DNA of 32,000 nt from Candidatus Moranella endobia PCIT (GTDB taxonomy: Bacteria; Pseudomonadota; Gammaproteobacteria; Enterobacterales; Enterobacteriaceae), in contig NC_015735.1 of NCBI RefSeq assembly GCF_000219175.1, positions 506,295 through 538,294 on the forward strand. Reading direction: 5' to 3'. The notes under the pieces were generated by a model that saw only the letters and a program-made list of their open reading frames with translations, did no database searches and had not been told where the DNA came from. The stretch's first letter is position 1, and every line of letters starts with the position of its first letter. Of the stretch, positions 1 through 9,662 are shown piece after piece. Made by a program: the position numbers and the translations under genes.

Positions 1-391
1 CATCTGATAACCTCAGGCTATGTATGAATGATACCACACGAACGAGCAAACCATCCAGTCCCCACAGAATCAGTGAGATTACGGTCGTGACCGCGATGAC
101 AATTAACGTCGCATGGAACGTTTCCTGGTAAGTCGGCCAAATTAATTTACGCACTTCGTTACGTGCTTCACGCGCAAACTGAATAAAAGACTTGCCTTTG
201 GCCGTAACTATGGCCCACCAGCCCGCGAGAGCGATAATAACGACTGCTAGTGCTCTCAAGCATAAGCAGTGATAATCGCGGTAACAATAGTTACCAACTA
301 TGGTAACTATTAACAGAACAGTGACAACGATTAACCACGTCACCACTTCCCGCCCCCGCGCGCGTTTTGTCGATTTGGTATGTGTACCCAT
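1..391 (-). CDS. secE: Preprotein translocase subunit SecE, first 130 codons (the stop lies beyond the left window edge)
   Basis: ATG at 389-391 on the minus strand. Hand translation [130 protein letters not shown] stays open to position 1. The FAREAR.EVRK.IWPT.QET...LWGLDG core matches E. coli SecE. It sits downstream of tuf, as in the tufB-secE-nusG arrangement. It is absent from the ORF track only because it is open at the edge. Confidence 0.85.
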   Translation of the reverse strand, partial: MGTHTKSTKRARGREVVTWLIVVTVLLIVTIVGNYCYRDYHCLCLRALAVVIIALAGWWAIVTAKGKSFIQFAREARNEVRKLIWPTYQETFHATLIVIAVTTVISLILWGLDGLLVRVVSFIHSLRLSD

Positions 392-494
392 CAAAAACCT
401 GTCAATGAGCCCCTGACTCTAATCGATTCTATCTTACTTATCTCATCATCGGTCGCTTGAAACAGTGGAATATCAGCCTGCATGTACTACTGGT

Positions 495-1679
495 TTAAGC
501 GATAAGTTTAGTCACCACACCAGCGCCAACGGTATGGCCGCCTTCGCGGATAGCAAAACGCAAACCATCGGCCATGGCGATCGGGGCAATCAGGTTGACC
601 ACCATTTTAACGTTGTCGCCAGGCATCACCATGTCAACTCCTTCTGGCAGTTCGATGGTACCGGTAACGTCAGTAGTACGGAAGTAGAACTGCGGACGGT
701 AGCCTTTAAAGAAGGGTGTATGACGGCCGCCTTCTTCTTTGCGCAAAATATACACTTCAGATTCAAACTTAGTATGTGGCTTAATCGAACCTGGTTTAGC
801 CAGAACCTGGCCCCGCTCAACGTCGTCACGCTTAGTGCCACGCAGCAGCACGCCCACGTTCTCGCCGGCACGTCCTTCATCCAGTAGTTTACGGAACATT
901 TCAACGCCGGTGCAGGTTGTTTTGGTGGTATTTTTCATGCCAACAATTTCCACTTCGTCACCCACCTTGACGGTGCCGCGTTCCACACGACCAGTAACCA
1001 CGGTGCCGCGACCTGAGATTGAAAAAACATCTTCGATAGGCAGTAGGAACGGCTGGTCAATGGCACGTTCTGGTTCCGGAATGTAATTATCCAGCGCGTT
1101 CGCCAGTTCAATAATTTTTTGCGTCCAATGTTCGTCACCTTCCAGGGCTTTCAGCGCGGAGCCGCGGATCACCGGCGTCTCATCGCCCGGGAAGTCGTAC
1201 TGAGACAGTAGTTCTCGAACTTCCATTTCCACTAGTTCCAACAACTCTTCGTCTTCGACCATGTCACATTTGTTAATGAACACGATGATGTTAGGTACGC
1301 CTACTTGGCGACCTAACAGAATGTGTTCGCGGGTCTGGGGCATCGGACCGTCGGTGGCGGCAACCACCAGAATCGCGCCATCCATCTGGGCCGCGCCAGT
1401 GATCATGTTTTTCACATAGTCGGCGTGCCCCGGGCAGTCTACATGCGCGTAGTGATGGCGCGGGGTATCGTATTCAACGTGCGAAGTGTTAATAGTGATA
1501 CCGCGGGCTTTTTCTTCTGGCGCGTTGTCGATCTGATCAAAGGCACACGCGTTTCCGCCGTAAGCCTTGGCCAGAACGGTGGTGATGGCGGCGGTTAAGG
1601 TAGTTTTACCATGGTCAACGTGGCCGATAGTACCGACGTTAACGTGTGGTTTAGTGCGTTGAAACGTTTCTTTAGACAT
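495..1679 (-). CDS. tuf: Elongation factor Tu (in the tRNA-linked, tufB-type position)
   Basis: ORF-track frame 495..1718, trimmed to the ATG at 1677-1679. The product starts [28 protein letters not shown], is 394 aa and is collinear with E. coli EF-Tu end to end. A GAGGG Shine-Dalgarno motif lies 7 nt upstream. The gene lies between thrT and secE. Confidence 0.97.
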   Translation of the reverse strand: MSKETFQRTKPHVNVGTIGHVDHGKTTLTAAITTVLAKAYGGNACAFDQIDNAPEEKARGITINTSHVEYDTPRHHYAHVDCPGHADYVKNMITGAAQMDGAILVVAATDGPMPQTREHILLGRQVGVPNIIVFINKCDMVEDEELLELVEMEVRELLSQYDFPGDETPVIRGSALKALEGDEHWTQKIIELANALDNYIPEPERAIDQPFLLPIEDVFSISGRGTVVTGRVERGTVKVGDEVEIVGMKNTTKTTCTGVEMFRKLLDEGRAGENVGVLLRGTKRDDVERGQVLAKPGSIKPHTKFESEVYILRKEEGGRHTPFFKGYRPQFYFRTTDVTGTIELPEGVDMVMPGDNVKMVVNLIAPIAMADGLRFAIREGGHTVGAGVVTKLIA

Positions 1680-1782
1680 CGCTTGTCCCTCTAAGACACA
1701 AACATATCGGTGGTTCAATTAGGCGAAATACCTGCTAATGTTTTGTAAATTCATCCAGAATCAGGAAGGAGACAAAAAGTAG

Positions 1783-1858
1783 TGGTGCTAATAGGCAGAT
1801 TCGAACTGCCGACCTCACCCTTACCAAGGGTGTGCTCTACCACCTGAGCTATATCAGC
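1783..1858 (-). tRNA. thrT: tRNA-Thr (anticodon GGU)
   Basis: The reverse complement GCTGATATAGCTCAGGTGGTAGAGCACACCCTTGGTAAGGGTGAGGTCGGCAGTTCGAATCTGCCTATTAGCACCA is 76 nt. It folds as a cloverleaf with anticodon loop CTTGGTAAG and an encoded CCA. It is nearly identical to E. coli thrT as I remember it. Confidence 0.95.
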
Positions 1859-1862
1859 AGAT

Positions 1863-1937
<75 letters not shown>

Positions 1938-2010
1938 AGCTTGGACTCGGCTACCTGATATTTATTAGGTCTTTTCCCCGGTAGTTCATAACCATTGGCT
2001 TTTCCTAATT

Positions 2011-2095
2011 TGGTGGTGGGGGAAGGATTCGAACCTTCGAAGTCTGTGACGGCAGATTTACAGTCTGCTCCCTTTAACCGCTCGGGAACCCCACC
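2011..2095 (-). tRNA. tyrU: tRNA-Tyr (anticodon GUA), long variable arm
   Basis: The reverse complement GGTGGGGTTCCCGAGCGGTTAAAGGGAGCAGACTGTAAATCTGCCGTCACAGACTTCGAAGGTTCGAATCCTTCCCCCACCACCA is 85 nt. The anticodon is GTA and it has a class II variable arm. Confidence 0.95.
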
Positions 2096-2103
2096 TGATC
2101 CTT

Positions 2104-2179
2104 TGGTGCCGGCAGAAGGAGTCGAACCCTCGACCCACTGATTACAAGTCAGTTGCTCTTCCAACTGAGCTATGCCGGC
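2104..2179 (-). tRNA. thrU: tRNA-Thr (anticodon UGU)
   Basis: The reverse complement GCCGGCATAGCTCAGTTGGAAGAGCAACTGACTTGTAATCAGTGGGTCGAGGGTTCGACTCCTTCTGCCGGCACCA is 76 nt. The acceptor stem is GCCGGCA/TGCCGGC and the anticodon loop is CTTGTAATC. It is the first gene of the thrU-tyrU-glyT-thrT-tuf order. Confidence 0.93.
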
Positions 2180-2193
2180 ATTAAGTGTTTCGC

Positions 2194-2222
2194 ATTCTAG
2201 GTAGAGCTGATGACCTATGCAA
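2194..2222 (-). promoter_or_regulatory. Sigma70 promoter of the tRNA-tuf operon (-35 TTGCAT, 17-nt spacer, -10 TAGAAT) with an upstream A/T-rich tract
   Basis: The minus strand reads ...AAAATTGAAATTTTCTCGATTTTTTTG TTGCAT AGGTCATCAGCTCTACC TAGAAT GCGAAAC..., about 15 nt upstream of thrU. The -35 is at 2217-2222 and the -10 at 2194-2199. The GCG discriminator and UP-like A/T tract are typical of stable-RNA promoters. Confidence 0.6.
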
Positions 2223-2311
2223 CAAAAAAATCGAGAAAATTTCAATTTTACGCAAAAAAAACCAATGTGACGACGTAACCCGCGAACTCTACTACTCTAC
2301 TAGAAGCAGTT

Positions 2312-2334
2312 AATACTGCTTATGCAGCAGTATT
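2312..2334 (-). terminator. Perfect 9-bp stem / 5-nt loop hairpin just after the lptG stop (possible terminator, no U-tract)
   Basis: AATACTGCT tatgc AGCAGTATT. It lies 9 nt downstream of the lptG stop on the minus strand. Neither strand has a following T-run, so terminator function is uncertain. Confidence 0.3.
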
Positions 2335-2346
2335 AGGCAGTATTAG
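2327..2346. repeat. Perfect 2 x 10-bp tandem duplication (gcagtattag) spanning the lptG stop codon
   Basis: gcagtattag at 2327-2336 is repeated exactly at 2337-2346. The lptG TAA (2343-2345) lies inside the second unit. Confidence 0.8.
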
Positions 2347-3410
2347 TTAGTTAATAGCATAACTATACTGATGATCATAAAAACCATGCTGGGTAGTAAT
2401 GCACCGAATACTGGCGGCAGGTTGTATACTAGACCTAATGGCCCGCAGATGTGATCCAAGACGTGAAACAATAAACTGCAACTTATGCCTGTAATGAATC
2501 GTACCGCCGGAGGCACGCTGCGCAGCGGTCCGAAAATAAAAGACAGTGCCACTAGCATCATCACCACCACTGAGAAAGGAGAGAAAATTTTGCTCCACAG
2601 CTTCAACTGGTAACGTTTGAAGTTCTGCCCACTCTGCTGAAGATACTTAACGTAATTAGCCAACCCAGAGATAGACAATGAATTTGGCAACGCTATTACC
2701 CCCAATTTATCCGGCGTCAGATTGGTTTCCCATTCAACGTTTAGGTGTTGCTGACCATTGATTTGATGGCGGTTAGTTAAATTAACTTCTTCCACCTGTG
2801 ATAGTTTCCAACTGCCATTGTTAAAGTGAGCCGTTGCGGCATAGCGCAGCGACTGTAGCCGTTCTGCTTTTTGATCGAAGTGATAAATATTGACGCCGGC
2901 CAGCTTATCATTGCCAACTAACCGCTCGATGAAAATAAAATCATCACCGTCCTTGGCCCATAGACCGTGTTTATTTGACTGCATGGAGCCGACGTTAATT
3001 GCTCGGTTGCGGTAATGATAGGCTATTTGCTCGCTTGCTGGAGCTACCCATTCGCCGATGGCCAGGCTCAACAGCACCAGTGCAATGGTTGTTTTCATGA
3101 CTGAACTGGCTACCTGCAGTTGGCTGAAACCAGCTGCCTGCATTACCACTAGTTCACTGCTGGTTGCCAGAGAACCCAGCCCCAGCAACGTGCCAATTAG
3201 AGTAGCCATCGGAAAAAAGATCTCGCTATCCTTGGGCACGCTAAGTAAGGTAAACAGACCTGCGCCCATTACCGAGTAGTCCCCCTGGCCAACTTTGCGC
3301 ATTTGCTCAACGAATTTGATCAGACTAGATAGCGACACCAGCAGGAACAAGGTCATCATTATGGGATTGAAAATTGTTTTACCAATGTAGCGGTCCAAGA
3401 CCCTCAACAT
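2343..3410 (-). CDS. lptG: LPS export ABC transporter permease LptG
   Basis: ORF-track frame 2343..3524, trimmed to the ATG at 3408-3410. The product starts MLRVLDRYIGKTIF, matching E. coli LptG MQPFGVLDRYIGKTIF. It is 355 aa and collinear throughout. It overlaps the lptF stop by 7 nt. Confidence 0.92.
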   Translation of the reverse strand: MLRVLDRYIGKTIFNPIMMTLFLLVSLSSLIKFVEQMRKVGQGDYSVMGAGLFTLLSVPKDSEIFFPMATLIGTLLGLGSLATSSELVVMQAAGFSQLQVASSVMKTTIALVLLSLAIGEWVAPASEQIAYHYRNRAINVGSMQSNKHGLWAKDGDDFIFIERLVGNDKLAGVNIYHFDQKAERLQSLRYAATAHFNNGSWKLSQVEEVNLTNRHQINGQQHLNVEWETNLTPDKLGVIALPNSLSISGLANYVKYLQQSGQNFKRYQLKLWSKIFSPFSVVVMMLVALSFIFGPLRSVPPAVRFITGISCSLLFHVLDHICGPLGLVYNLPPVFGALLPSMVFMIISIVMLLTN

Positions 3411-4501
3411 GAGGGTGCGCCTTTTGGTAGCAGCCACCCACGCAGCCTTCTGATCGGTACGGTGTCCAACACATTCAATATTAGCCCTAGCACTAGAAAC
3501 AACACATTGGTCAGCCACAGCCAAAACATCGGGTCAAGCTTGCCCTTGGCACTATGATAGCGCAGGGTAATTTGTAGCAAAAAGAACAGTAGATATAGCA
3601 GCATTGCTGGTAGTATACGCAGCACGATACTCTGCTGCCGTTGGTTAACTACCGACAGCGGTACCACCATTATGGTCATAATCAACACCGACACAACTAA
3701 CGTTAGCCTCCAGTGAAACTCAGCGCGCGCCTCCGGCTCAGACGAGTGCCACAGTTGGTGCATTGTCATTTGCTTAGTTTCGATGCTATTCGCCACAGAT
3801 CTAGAGCCGATCAGCGCTTGATATTTAGCAAAACTAGTAATGCAGAAATCTCGCAGCAAAGCAGTCCCCTCATAGCTAGTACCATTATCCAGCATTAAGA
3901 TTTGCGAGCCGTCAGACAGCTTGGTCATATGGCCACGGTCTGCCATAATAACGAAAGGGCGAGCATGGCAATTTGGCTTGATCTTTGCCATGAATATATG
4001 TTCAAACACTGTATCCTGAACTTTACCCACGAACAGCACCAAATTACCGTTATCGGCTAATTTGAATTGCCCAGCCGCTGTGCTAAGATTAACTTTTGCG
4101 TCCGATATTACTATCGCTTGATAACGTGACAAACCGGGTGAAAGCCATATCACATTCACCGCTGCTACTATCGCGTTCATCAAACTGAGCAGCAGCGCCA
4201 CACGGATCAAAATACTTTTACCAAACCCACAAGCGTATATAACCGTAATTTCATTTGCAGCGTACATACGGCTAAGTATCACTAACACACCAAGGAATAG
4301 ACTCAAGGGAAGAATTAATTGCACCATTGCCGGCAAACTTAATCCCAGTAAGGCTAACACTACGTTTAGTGGAATATCTCCCTCCACTACTGTGCCTAAA
4401 AGTTGTCCCAGTTTTTGGCATAAAAAAACCAACAGCAGGATGAACAGAATGGCGAGCTGGCTTTTAACGGTCTCCCAAACCAGATATCTAGTAATAATCA
4501 C
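3404..4501 (-). CDS. lptF: LPS export ABC transporter permease LptF
   Basis: ORF-track frame 3404..4615. Homology to E. coli LptF (MIIIRYLVRETLKSQLAILFILLL) begins at the GTG at 4499-4501, giving (M)IITRYLVWETVKSQLAILFILLL and 365 aa against about 366 in E. coli. The upstream ATGs would add a non-homologous extension of 21-38 aa, so the exact start is uncertain. Confidence 0.88.
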   Translation of the reverse strand: MIITRYLVWETVKSQLAILFILLLVFLCQKLGQLLGTVVEGDIPLNVVLALLGLSLPAMVQLILPLSLFLGVLVILSRMYAANEITVIYACGFGKSILIRVALLLSLMNAIVAAVNVIWLSPGLSRYQAIVISDAKVNLSTAAGQFKLADNGNLVLFVGKVQDTVFEHIFMAKIKPNCHARPFVIMADRGHMTKLSDGSQILMLDNGTSYEGTALLRDFCITSFAKYQALIGSRSVANSIETKQMTMHQLWHSSEPEARAEFHWRLTLVVSVLIMTIMVVPLSVVNQRQQSIVLRILPAMLLYLLFFLLQITLRYHSAKGKLDPMFWLWLTNVLFLVLGLILNVLDTVPIRRLRGWLLPKGAPSC

Positions 4502-4606
4502 ACTTATGGCGCCTGTAAAAACTTGTTTATTTGTAGAAAGTAGAAAAGATTTAGTAATTTTCATCACTAATCTATCATTGATACTTCTAAAAAACTTACA
4601 TGTGGT

Positions 4607-4627
4607 TGATAGCACAGGTTGCTATCA
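4607..4627. promoter_or_regulatory. Perfect 8-bp inverted repeat (TGATAGCA n5 TGCTATCA) in the lptF / ex-pepA divergent spacer
   Basis: Read directly from the sequence: tgatagca caggt tgctatca. Its function is unknown (operator or RNA hairpin). Confidence 0.25.
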
Positions 4628-4666
4628 CATTATATTTTAATCTTTTGCTGATAAAATATAACCAAC

Positions 4667-4752
4667 ATGGAACTTGATAACCGTTTTACGCTGGTGGCCT
4701 AGCGATGATTGTTTTTGCCATTAACAGACCAGCCCATTATATCCCGCGCTAA
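4667..4752 (+). pseudogene. pepA: Remnant of leucyl aminopeptidase pepA (start codon region fused to the last ~16 codons; about 1.4 kb deleted)
   Basis: ATG GAA (ME..) at 4667 runs into a TAG after 11 codons. A second frame (4705-4752) reads MIVFAINRPAHYIPR*. This compares with the E. coli PepA C-terminus ..LLAQFLLNRAGFNGEE*, which has the same F..NR spacing and the same 7 residues from NR to the stop. The position is exactly where pepA lies in E. coli (lptF divergent from pepA-holC-valS). Confidence 0.5.
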
Positions 4753-4785
4753 TGTTTTTTTTATAGAATTTAATTGGTGAATTTT

Positions 4786-4818
4786 GTCTGCCTGCTCGGC
4801 AGACCGCAGGTTGTTTTT
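4786..4818 (+). terminator. Hairpin GTCTGCC tgctc GGCAGAC followed by a TTGTTTTT tract (probable relic pepA terminator upstream of holC)
   Basis: A 7-bp perfect stem at 4786-4804, with a T-rich run at 4812-4818. Confidence 0.4.
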
Positions 4819-4843
4819 ATGTAATTAACTGATTAACTGGCAC

Positions 4844-5287
4844 ATGAAAAACGCAACCTTTTATTTACTCAACCAAGCCAGTCTTAACCTCATGGAATGG
4901 CTGGCCTGTTATTTTACCGTCGATAAATGGCGGGAGGGCAAACTGGTACTTATCGCCTGTGAGGATGAAGCCCAAGCGCTTAGAATAGACGAAGCGCTGT
5001 GGGCGTGCGATCCTGATACTTTCGTACCACATAACCTGACGGGAGAATGCTCGCCATACGGCACGCCAGTAGAAATTTGCTGGCAACAGCGCCGTGGTAG
5101 TAACATGAATAGGGAGGTGTTGATAAGCTTGCTGTTGTCGGTCTACGCGGATTTTGCCTCATCGTTTAATGAAGTCATTGATTTCGTTCCGGCTGAAGCA
5201 ACTTTAAAACAGCTGGCGCGCAATCGTTATAAAACTTATCGTAGCGTTGGCTTCCAATTGACTACGGCAATACCACCAACAAGGTGA
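4844..5287 (+). CDS. holC: DNA polymerase III subunit chi
   Basis: The 147-aa ORF starts MKNATFYLL, identical to the E. coli HolC N-terminus, and is collinear (..[16 protein letters not shown]...FVPHNL.GE..). It lies immediately upstream of valS. Confidence 0.93.
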   Translation: MKNATFYLLNQASLNLMEWLACYFTVDKWREGKLVLIACEDEAQALRIDEALWACDPDTFVPHNLTGECSPYGTPVEICWQQRRGSNMNREVLISLLLSVYADFASSFNEVIDFVPAEATLKQLARNRYKTYRSVGFQLTTAIPPTR

Positions 5288-5301
5288 TTAAAACAAGTAT
5301 C

Positions 5302-8166
5302 ATGGATAAAAAATACCAGCCCAAAAAGATCGAGCAACAGCTGTATAAGCACTGGGAGCAGCGTGGTTATTTCAAGCCGCACAATGACCACAAGCAGGAT
5401 AGCTACTGCATCATGATCCCGCCGCCAAATATTACTGGCAGCCTACATATGGGCCATGCCTTCCAACAGACTATTATGGATACTCTTATTCGTTATCAGC
5501 GTATGTTGGGTAAAAATACTTTGTGGCAGGTTGGTACAGATCACGCCGGCATCGCGACGCAGATGGTGGTTGAACGCAAAATGGTCGCAGAAGAGGGCAA
5601 AAACCGCCACGATTGCGGCCGCGCCGCTTTCATTACTAAGATTTGGCAGTGGGAAGCACAATCCAGCGGCACCATTAACCATCAGATGCGCCGACTTGGC
5701 GTTTCTGTGGATTGGGAACGCGCGCGGTTCACAATGGACGAAGGGCTGTCCAACGCTGTTAAAGAAGTGTTTGTGCGGCTGTATCAGGAAGATTTAATTT
5801 ATCGCGGCAAACGCCTTGTTAACTGGGACCCGACCTTACGCACCGCTATTTCTGACCTGGAAGTAGAACACCGAGAGTCAACAGGCTCAATGTGGCAGCT
5901 GCGTTATCCGCTGGCCGAAAGTACGTACACTGCCACTAAGCTGGATTATCTTGTGGTCTCAACCACGCGGCCAGAAACCATGCTAGGAGATACCGGCGTG
6001 GCAGTAAACCCGGCAGATCCGCGCTATCGCGACTTGATTGGTAAATTCGTCATACTTCCGCTTGTCGGCCGCCGTATACCAATCGTCGGCGATGCACACG
6101 CGGATATGACTAAAGGCACCGGCTGTGTCAAAATTACTCCAGCACATGATTTTAACGACTATGAAGTAGGCAAACGCCACGCACTGCCTATGATCAATAT
6201 ATTCACCTTTGACGGTGCAATCCGCCAGCAAGCCGAGGTTTTTGACACTAATGGTGAGACAAGCCAGGCTATATCTAGCGAAATTCCGGTGGCTTTCCGT
6301 GGGCTGGAACGGTTCGCCGCCCGCAAGGCCATCGTTGCCGAATTTGACAGATTGAATCTGCTAGTAGATGAGGTCACTGACCAAGAACTCACGGTGCCTT
6401 ATGGAGATCGCAGCGGCGTGGTTATAGAACCGATGTTGACAGATCAATGGTACGTACGCGCCGCGCCACTAGCGAAAGTAGCGGTGAAAGCGGTGGAACT
6501 GGGTGAGATTAACTTTGTGTCGAAGCAGTACGAAAACATGTATTTCAGCTGGATGCGGGATATACAGGATTGGTGTATTTCCCGTCAGCTATGGTGGGGC
6601 CACCGTATTCCAGCATGGTACGACCCGGAGGGCAGGGTATATGTAGGTCGTAGCGAGATCGACGTGCGTCAGCAACATCAGTTAGCTGATCATGTACCAC
6701 TGCGCCAGGAAGAAGATGTGCTGGATACCTGGTTTTCCTCTGGACTATGGACCTTCTCCACTCTAGGCTGGCCGGAAGATACTGAAACGCTACGCACGTT
6801 TCATCCCACAAGTGTAGTGGTTAGCGGCTTTGATATAATTTTTTTCTGGATAGCGCGCATGGTAATGCTGACCATGCATTTCATCAAGACTGACAATGGC
6901 AAGCCGCAAGTGCCGTTTAAAACCGTCTATATAACCGGTCTTATTCGCGATGAAGAAGGGCATAAAATGTCTAAGTCCAAAGGTAACATTATTGATCCTC
7001 TGGACATGGTTGACGGCATTTCGCTGGTAGCTTTACTTAAAAAGCGCACCGATAATATGATGCAGCCGCAATTGGCTGACAGTATATGCAAACGCACAAA
7101 AAAACAATTTCCACACGGCATTGCGCCGCACGGTACCGATGCTCTGCGCTTCACGTTGACCGCTCTTGCCTCTAATGGCCGCGATATTAAATGGGACATG
7201 AATCGTCTAGAGGGGTATCGCAATTTCTGCAATAAATTGTGGAATGCCAGCCGTTTTGTCCTGATAAATACCGAAGAGCATGACTGTGGTTTTGACGGCG
7301 GCGATCAAGTACTATCGCTGGCAGATCGCTGGATCCTGGCGGAATTTAATCAGTTGGTGACGGCTTTTCGCCAGGCGTTAGATAATTATCGTTTTGATTT
7401 GGCTGCAGGTATGTTGTACGAATTCACATGGAACCAATTTTGTGACTGGTATCTTGAGCTAACCAAGCAGGTTATGAGCTGTGGTAATGACGCCGAACTT
7501 CGTGGTACCCGCCATACGTTGGTCAACGTACTAGAAGCGTTACTACGTTTGGCACATCCAATCATGCCATTTATTACAGAAACAATCTGGCAGCGGTTGC
7601 ACAACCTTACTAGTAGTAACAAGGGTGAGACCACCATTATGCTGCAACCGTTTCCCGCCTATGATGCTGCTTTAGAAGACGCTGCTGCCATCAGCGATGT
7701 GGAATGGATGAAGCAAGCTATCATCGCGGTTCGCACGATTCGTGCCGAAATGAATATTGCGCCTAATAAGCCGTTAGCGGTATTGTTACGCCAGGCTTCA
7801 CAGGCGGTTACGCGCATAGTAAACGAAAACCGTCGCTTGATTGTTACCATTGCACGGCTTGAAAGTATCACACTGATGTCAGCAGATGATACATGGCCCG
7901 TTTCTGTTACCAAAATTATCAACGGCGCCGAACTGCTGATACCGATGAACGGTATTGTTGATAAAAACACAGAGCTGGCACGACTGGCGAAGGAAGCGGT
8001 GTACATAGAAGGCGAAATTGGCCGTATCTCTGCTAAACTAAATAATGATTACTTTATCTGCCGGGCGCCGGAATATGTGGTGGTAAAAGAACGCCAGAAA
8101 TTGGCAAGATATCAGCAATTCAGAACAAAATTACTTGAGCAGCACGAGATCATTGCAAGTTTGTGA
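5302..8166 (+). CDS. valS: Valine--tRNA ligase
   Basis: ORF-track frame from 5284 (GTG), trimmed to the ATG at 5302. This gives [20 protein letters not shown] against E. coli [20 protein letters not shown]. The HIGH-type motif SLHMGHA and the KMSKS motif are present. The 954 aa are collinear with E. coli ValS (951 aa). Confidence 0.96.
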   Translation: MDKKYQPKKIEQQLYKHWEQRGYFKPHNDHKQDSYCIMIPPPNITGSLHMGHAFQQTIMDTLIRYQRMLGKNTLWQVGTDHAGIATQMVVERKMVAEEGKNRHDCGRAAFITKIWQWEAQSSGTINHQMRRLGVSVDWERARFTMDEGLSNAVKEVFVRLYQEDLIYRGKRLVNWDPTLRTAISDLEVEHRESTGSMWQLRYPLAESTYTATKLDYLVVSTTRPETMLGDTGVAVNPADPRYRDLIGKFVILPLVGRRIPIVGDAHADMTKGTGCVKITPAHDFNDYEVGKRHALPMINIFTFDGAIRQQAEVFDTNGETSQAISSEIPVAFRGLERFAARKAIVAEFDRLNLLVDEVTDQELTVPYGDRSGVVIEPMLTDQWYVRAAPLAKVAVKAVELGEINFVSKQYENMYFSWMRDIQDWCISRQLWWGHRIPAWYDPEGRVYVGRSEIDVRQQHQLADHVPLRQEEDVLDTWFSSGLWTFSTLGWPEDTETLRTFHPTSVVVSGFDIIFFWIARMVMLTMHFIKTDNGKPQVPFKTVYITGLIRDEEGHKMSKSKGNIIDPLDMVDGISLVALLKKRTDNMMQPQLADSICKRTKKQFPHGIAPHGTDALRFTLTALASNGRDIKWDMNRLEGYRNFCNKLWNASRFVLINTEEHDCGFDGGDQVLSLADRWILAEFNQLVTAFRQALDNYRFDLAAGMLYEFTWNQFCDWYLELTKQVMSCGNDAELRGTRHTLVNVLEALLRLAHPIMPFITETIWQRLHNLTSSNKGETTIMLQPFPAYDAALEDAAAISDVEWMKQAIIAVRTIRAEMNIAPNKPLAVLLRQASQAVTRIVNENRRLIVTIARLESITLMSADDTWPVSVTKIINGAELLIPMNGIVDKNTELARLAKEAVYIEGEIGRISAKLNNDYFICRAPEYVVVKERQKLARYQQFRTKLLEQHEIIASL

Positions 8167-8191
8167 CCGCTATTTCATGGCACCTAGCGGT
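8166..8191 (+). terminator. Hairpin ACCGCTA n12 TAGCGGT directly after the valS stop (weak terminator candidate)
   Basis: A 7-bp stem with a 12-nt loop, followed by gattatttg. The loop is large and the U-tract poor. Its 3' arm runs into repeat copy A. Confidence 0.3.
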
Positions 8192-8226
8192 GATTATTTG
8201 ATAAACGGACTAACAACCAGCGCAGC
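8189..8226 (+). repeat. Copy A of a ~40-bp dispersed repeat (GGTGATTAnTTGATnAACGnACTAAC..AACC..AGC)
   Basis: Hand alignment to copy B (9624-9662) gives 23/26 identical in the ungapped first part. Overall about 33 positions are identical over about 41 columns, with three 1-nt gaps. Confidence 0.7.
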
Positions 8227-8340
8227 TAGCAGCCAGCTGAGGCACATGATTGCTAATCAATGCTGATCACTAGCGGCGCGATCAGTGAGTGGTAGGGTAG
8301 GTAAGTAAAATCAAGAGTTTGTCGGACAACTATTCGCTCC

Positions 8341-8369
8341 TACAACTCGTTGTCCGTTACCTAATCACC
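8341..8369 (-). repeat. Partial inverted copy C of the same repeat
   Basis: The reverse complement GGTGATTAGGTAACGGACAACGAG shares GGTGATTAG (9/9) and AACGGAC (6/7) collinearly with copy B, but needs a 4-nt gap. It is also embedded in an 8-bp inverted repeat, CGGACAAC n18 GTTGTCCG (8313-8356). Confidence 0.4.
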
Positions 8370-8511
8370 CAGTTTGAAGGCCTATACCGCCATTTTCTCC
8401 CAAAAGATGTGGGTATTGTTGAACCCTTGAATTTCAATATTATGACATATACAGTGGTGATGATTTAGTTAATTTAACATTAAAATTAGAATGAATCGGG
8501 AGCGACTGATT

Positions 8512-9531
8512 ATGAATAAGTTATGGAAACGTAGTTTACTAAGATTGATGGATTTGACGTCTGACGAAATTAATCAATTATTAGCGCTAGCTGCAAATCT
8601 TAAGCGCCAAAAGCGTTCTGGATGCGAAACACCGCTTTTGGCCGGTAAAAATATTGCGCTCATATTCGAAAAAGATTCTACCAGGACCCGCTGCTCTTTC
8701 GAAGTTGCCGCCTTTGATCAGGGTGCAAACGTAACCTATTTGGGGCCAAGCGGTAGCCAGCGAGGCAATAAAGAATCCATGAAGGATACCGCTAGGGTAT
8801 TAGGTCGTATATATGACGGTATCCAATATCGCGGTTATGGCCAAGAGATAGTAGAAACTCTTGCGCGCTATGCCGGCGTACCGGTGTGGAACGGACTGAC
8901 GACCGAGTTCCATCCAACTCAATTGCTGGCTGATCTATTGACCATGCAGGAATCTTTGCCGGAAAAATCATTCCCTCAAATGAAGCTGGCATATGTCGGC
9001 GATACGCGCAATAACATGGGTAATACGCTGCTAGAAGCAGCTGCGTTAACCGGTATTGATTTACGGCTAGTAGCACCGAATGCCTGTTGGCCTAATCAAG
9101 ATTTAGTTACTTCCTGCCGTAACCTAGCAAGGGAAAATGGCGGTGACATTACCCTTACCGCAGATATTGCTGTTGGCATCAAGGAGGTTGACTTTATCTA
9201 TACCGATGTTTGGGTATCGATGGGCGAAGACAAAATCTTATGGCAAGAACGTATCGAGATGCTGCGTGCCTATCAGGTAAATATGGACATGTTACGCCAA
9301 ATAGGCAATTCACAGGTGAAGTTTCTTCATTGTCTACCAGCATTCCATGACGATCACACTACCCTAGGAAAGCAAATTGCTGCCCAATATAACTTGGTTG
9401 GCGGAATGGAAGTTACCGATGAAGTGTTTGAATCCACCAATAGCGTGGTGTTCGATCAGGCAGAAAACCGACTGCATACAATCAAAGCAGTTATGGTAGC
9501 AACACTGGCGTCACTATCAGCAAAATCGTAA
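8512..9531 (+). CDS. argI: Ornithine carbamoyltransferase (ArgI/ArgF family)
   Basis: ORF-track frame from 8491, trimmed to the ATG at 8512, with GGGAG 9 nt upstream. The motifs [17 protein letters not shown] and HCLPAFHD are present. It is collinear with E. coli ArgI across about 339 aa. It lies downstream of valS, as argI does in E. coli (with rraB, yjgM and yjgN missing). Confidence 0.93.
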   Translation: MNKLWKRSLLRLMDLTSDEINQLLALAANLKRQKRSGCETPLLAGKNIALIFEKDSTRTRCSFEVAAFDQGANVTYLGPSGSQRGNKESMKDTARVLGRIYDGIQYRGYGQEIVETLARYAGVPVWNGLTTEFHPTQLLADLLTMQESLPEKSFPQMKLAYVGDTRNNMGNTLLEAAALTGIDLRLVAPNACWPNQDLVTSCRNLARENGGDITLTADIAVGIKEVDFIYTDVWVSMGEDKILWQERIEMLRAYQVNMDMLRQIGNSQVKFLHCLPAFHDDHTTLGKQIAAQYNLVGGMEVTDEVFESTNSVVFDQAENRLHTIKAVMVATLASLSAKS

Positions 9532-9623
9532 GATAAGCGGCAGAAACAGCTATTTAGCTAGTGGTTGATTGCGTATTGGGCTATTCCTGTTAGTTACAGA
9601 TTGTTATGTAAACCCTCACCGAG

Positions 9624-9662
9624 GGTGATTAGTTGATGAACGTACTAACCAACCCAGCAAGC
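9624..9662 (+). repeat. Copy B of the ~40-bp dispersed repeat, in direct orientation to copy A on the other side of argI
   Basis: See copy A. Like A, it starts in the 3' arm of a small hairpin (CCCTC acc GAGGG, 9613-9625). Confidence 0.7.

Noticed and set aside
465-1598. ORF-track entries nested in or antisense to tuf (465..887+, 626..904-, 739..1086+, 935..1138-, 1323..1598+). The same kind of shadow ORFs occur inside lptFG, valS, nrdA, gyrA, trxB, cydDC, fusA, tilS and mrcB.
   Set aside because: They overlap genes whose products are full-length and collinear with well-known proteins. Their own translations are low-complexity with no recognisable motifs. They are typical frame shadows of moderately GC-rich coding DNA.
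1680-1718. N-terminal extensions offered by the ORF track: tuf to 1718, lptG to 3524, lptF to 4615, valS from 5284, argI from 8491, gyrA from 13980, cydC from 19600, tusC to 26111 and tusD to 26497.
   Set aside because: In each case, homology to the E. coli protein begins at an internal ATG or GTG, usually with a Shine-Dalgarno motif. The extra residues have no counterpart, and several would overlap the upstream gene.
8420-8465. Possible ArgR operator (ARG boxes) upstream of argI: TTGAATTTCAATATTATGACATATACAGTG.
   Set aside because: Only one TGAAT half-site is good. I could not lay out two 18-bp boxes separated by 3 bp as at E. coli argI/argF. I also cannot tell whether argR is present in the genome.
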